Notes under the pieces: model-generated
Told to the model about the DNA's origin: nothing
Database searches by the model: none
The model's input: the letters and a program-made list of their open reading frames with translations, nothing else
Shown here: positions 61,049 to 64,000 of the stretch, in pieces
Layout: every line of letters begins with the position of its first letter
How positions within the stretch are numbered: position 1 is the stretch's first letter
Translations under genes and position numbers: made by a program
Assembly: GCF_044704955.1 (NCBI RefSeq)
Contig: NC_091980.1
Span: 180,048,001 to 180,112,000, forward strand
Origin: Pristiophorus japonicus
Taxonomy: Eukaryota
Reading direction: 5' to 3'
DNA length: 64,000 nt

Positions 61049-63035
61049 GAACATAAGAACAAGAACTCCTGCTCAAGGCTACCCTGACCAATTTGATTTG
61101 TCCAATCAATATGGAGGTTAAAACCATCCATGATTATTGCTGTTCCCTTTTTACAAGCCCCCACTATTTCCTGGTTTATGCTCCGACCAACGGAGTTGTT
61201 ATTGTTAGGGGGCCTATAAGCTACGTCCACCAGTGACTTTTTCCTCATTGTTCCTTATCTCCACCCAAACTGTTTCAACACCCTTATCAATTAAAGCCAA
61301 TATCGTTTTACTATTGCAGTAATTCCATCCTTTATCAATAGAGCTACGCCACCTCCTTTTCCTTTGTCTGTCTGTCCTTCCGGATTGTCAAGTACCCCTG
61401 AATATTTAATTCCCAGTCCTGGTCACCTTGCAACCATGTCTCTGTAATGGCTATCAGATCAGACCCATTTGTCTCAATTTGTGCCGTCAACTCATCTATC
61501 TTGTTACAAATGCTATATGCATTTAGACAAAGTGCTTTTAAGTTTGTTTTTTTACCCTTTTTTCCTGCTTGTTTCCTCTCTCCTTCAAACTCACTTTCTT
61601 TATTTTTGCTTTCTAATTCCAGCTTTACTCCCCTCCCTACTGAATCTATTTTCAGGTTCCCATCTCCCTGCCAAGCTAGTTTAAACCCTCCCGAACAGCA
61701 CTAGCACACCCCCCCCAACGAGGATATTGGTCCCGGCTCTGTTGAGGTGCAACCCATCTGGCTTGCACAGGTCCCACCTCCCCTACAAGTGGTCCCAATG
61801 ACTCAGGAAACTAAAGCCCTCCCACCTGCACCATCTTTCCAGCCACGTATTCATCTGCTCTATCCTCCTATTTCTGTACTCACTAGCTCGTGGCACTGGG
61901 AGTAATCTGGAGATTACTACCTTTGAGGTCCTGCTTTTTAATCTCTTTCCTAGCTCCTTAAACTCTGCCTGCAGGACCTCATTCCTCTTCCTACCTATGT
62001 CATTGGTACCGATGTGGACCACGACCTCTGGCTGTTCACCCTCTCCCCCAGAATGCCCTGCAGCCGCTCAGTGACATCCTTGACCCTGGCACCAGGGAGG
62101 CAACATACCATCCTGGAGTCACGTCTGTGGCCACAGAAATGCCTGTCTGCTCCCCTGACTTTTGAATCCCCTACCACTATAGCTCTTCCATTCGTCTTCC
62201 TCCCCCCTCATGCAGCTGAGCCACCCGTGGTGCCGTGGACTTGGTTCTGGCTGCACTCCCCAGAGCCACCATCGCCCCCACCGGTACTCAGGACAGAGTA
62301 CCGGTTGGAGAGCAAGATGGACTCAGTGGACTCCTGCACTACCTGCCTAGTCCTCCTCTTCTGTCTGGCAGTCACCCATTCCCTCTCTGCCTGCACAATC
62401 TTAAGCTGCGGGGTGACCGCCTCTAGAAACGTGCTATCCACGTTGCTTTCAGCCTCACGGATGCATCGCAGTGACCCCAGCTACCGCTCAAGCTTCAAAA
62501 CACGGAGCTCGAGTTGATGCAGCCGGAGACACCTCCCGCACACGTGGTCGCCCCGGCTGCGCAAAGCACCCGGGACTTCCCACATGCCACAGGATGTGCA
62601 ATCCACGGGACTGAGCTGCCCTGCCATCCCTCTAGTTACACTCGCAATTATCGAGTAGAACTAAATTCTAAACTTTAGCACAACACACCCAGCCACTACT
62701 CAGCAAACAGCCGGTTTAATTAACTGGCTCTCCTTAGATAATAAAGATCACATATTTACTGGCAGATGCTACTTACAACAATGCCAAAGGTCCCCTACTG
62801 AAAGGAAAAAGAAAAATACTCATCAATCCACCAGCCAATCATTTACCCGCTTGGCTGCGACATTACACTTCAATTTTGATTTTTTAAATACTTTTTGTCC
62901 CTGTACCAGCTGGCTCCTCCGACTCTCGGGCCGCTTTTATGGGTCTCTCGATCCTCCCACTCCAGCTCCTGCTCCTGTGGCTCCTCCCGACTCTCAGGCC
63001 CCTTTTATGGGTCTCTCGATCCTCCCGCTCCTGAG
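61049..63035 (-). mobile_element. CR1 retaining 5' UTR, ORF1 and the start of the ORF2 endonuclease, joined directly to the 3' tail
   Basis: ORF1 from ATG 62627 reads MAGQLSPVDCTSCGMWEV...HVCGRCLRL (zinc finger/leucine zipper), then an SGNH-type esterase (VGDS..RG; CLPGA; VHIGTNDI). The APE part YRPPN...IIMDGFNLHIDW ends at ~61066 in ttgttcttatgttct. Confidence 0.85.
61640..62627 (-). pseudogene. CR1 ORF1 (zinc finger/leucine zipper plus esterase), disrupted
   Basis: In-frame TAG near 62480 and a frameshift between ORFs 61995..62177 and 61783..62022. The 3' end is approximate. Confidence 0.75.
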
Positions 63036-64000
63036 CTGGTGGTGAGTCGCCTACTTGAATCGCTGCAGTCCATGTGGTGAAGGTACTCCCAGAGTGCTGT
63101 TAAGGAGGGAGTTCCAGGATTTTGACCGAGTGACGATGAAGGAACAGCGATATATTTCCAAGTCAGGATGGTGTGTGACTTGGAGGGGAATTTGGAGGTG
63201 ATGGTGTTCCCATGTGCCTGCTGCCCTTGTCCTTCTAGGTGGTAGAGGTCACAGGTTAGGGAGGTGCTGTCGAACAAGCCTTGGCAAGTTGCTGCAGTGT
63301 ATCTTGTAGACGGTATACACTGCAGCCACAGTGCACTGATGGCGGAGGGAGTGAATAGTTAAGGTGGTAGATGGGGTGCCAATCAAGCGGGCTGCTTTGT
63401 CCTGGATGGTGTTAAGTTTCTTGAGTGTTGCTGGAGCTGCACTCATCCAGGCAAGTGGAGAGTATTGCATCACACTCTTGACTTGTGCCTTGTAGATGGT
63501 GGAAAGGCTTTGGGGAGTCAGGTGAGTCACTCGCTGCAAAATATCCAGCCTCTGACCTGCTCTTGTAGCCACAGTATTGATGTGGCTGGTCTAGTTAAGC
63601 TTCTGATCAATGGTGACTCCCTGGATGTTGATGGTGTGGGATTTGACGATGGTCATGCTATTGAATGTCAAGGGAAGGTGGTTAGACTCTTGGAGATGGT
63701 CATTGCCTGGCACTTGAGTAGCGCAAATGTTACTTGCCACGTATCAGCCTAAGCCTGAACGTTGTCCAGGTCTTGCTGCATGCGGGCATGGACTGCTTCA
63801 TTATCTGAGGAGTTGCAAATGGAACGGAACACTGTGCAATGATCAGCGAACATCCCCATTTTTGCCCTTATGATGGAGGGAAGGTCATTGATGAAGCAGC
63901 TGAAGATGGTTGGGCCGAGGACACTGCCCTGAGGAATTCCTGCAGTGATGTACTTTAGCTGAGTTGACTGACCTCTATCAACCATAACCATCTTCCTTTG

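Larger units (their letters stand above)
60983..64000 (-). mobile_element. Second CR1-group LINE (RT and 3' end), split by the 61049-63035 insertion
   Basis: RT GIPQGSVLGPTIFSCFINDLP...FADHC (63749..63991) and C-terminal region (63249..63572). Its 3' end appears to resume at 60983-61050. Confidence 0.75.

Noticed and set aside
52610-64000. Further upstream SIPA1L1 exon (expected to end ...QKSMPEG)
   Set aside because: I could not find it. It probably lies beyond the window end.

Overview
Eukaryotic, repeat-dense vertebrate genomic DNA. The repeat families (SacSINE1/DeuSINE-like SINEs, HER1/CR1-type LINEs, Penelope-like elements) point to a cartilaginous fish; this is inference. The whole window lies inside one minus-strand gene of the SIPA1/SPAR RapGAP family, closest to SIPA1L1. 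I reconstructed seven GT-AG coding exons by hand (52602-52475, 39723-39605, 31761-31286, 28955-28725, 13219-13057, 9652-9433, 6772-6626). They splice in phase into a 1484-nt open frame covering the Ser-rich region, the DSGIDT degron and the SPAR C-terminal region. The RapGAP/PDZ exons and the last coding exons are outside the window. The introns hold two decayed near-full-length Gypsy (Mag-like) LTR retrotransposons, a solo LTR with a perfect 5-bp TSD, many CR1, L2 and RTE fragments, Penelope-like remnants with hammerhead-ribozyme motifs, SINEs (one LF-SINE-like) and several MITEs, often nested. I found no convincing new multi-gene system. The best leads are the hammerhead-bearing Penelope repeats, an intronic promoter-like motif cluster near 4.3-4.6 kb, inverted repeats bracketing exons, candidate cassette or poison exons, an altered CDK5/Plk2 priming site, an ORF1-only collapsed CR1 and the paralog identity of the gene. 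Protein and repeat family assignments come from recalled sequences, not database searches. Repeat boundaries are approximate unless a TSD or TIR is given.
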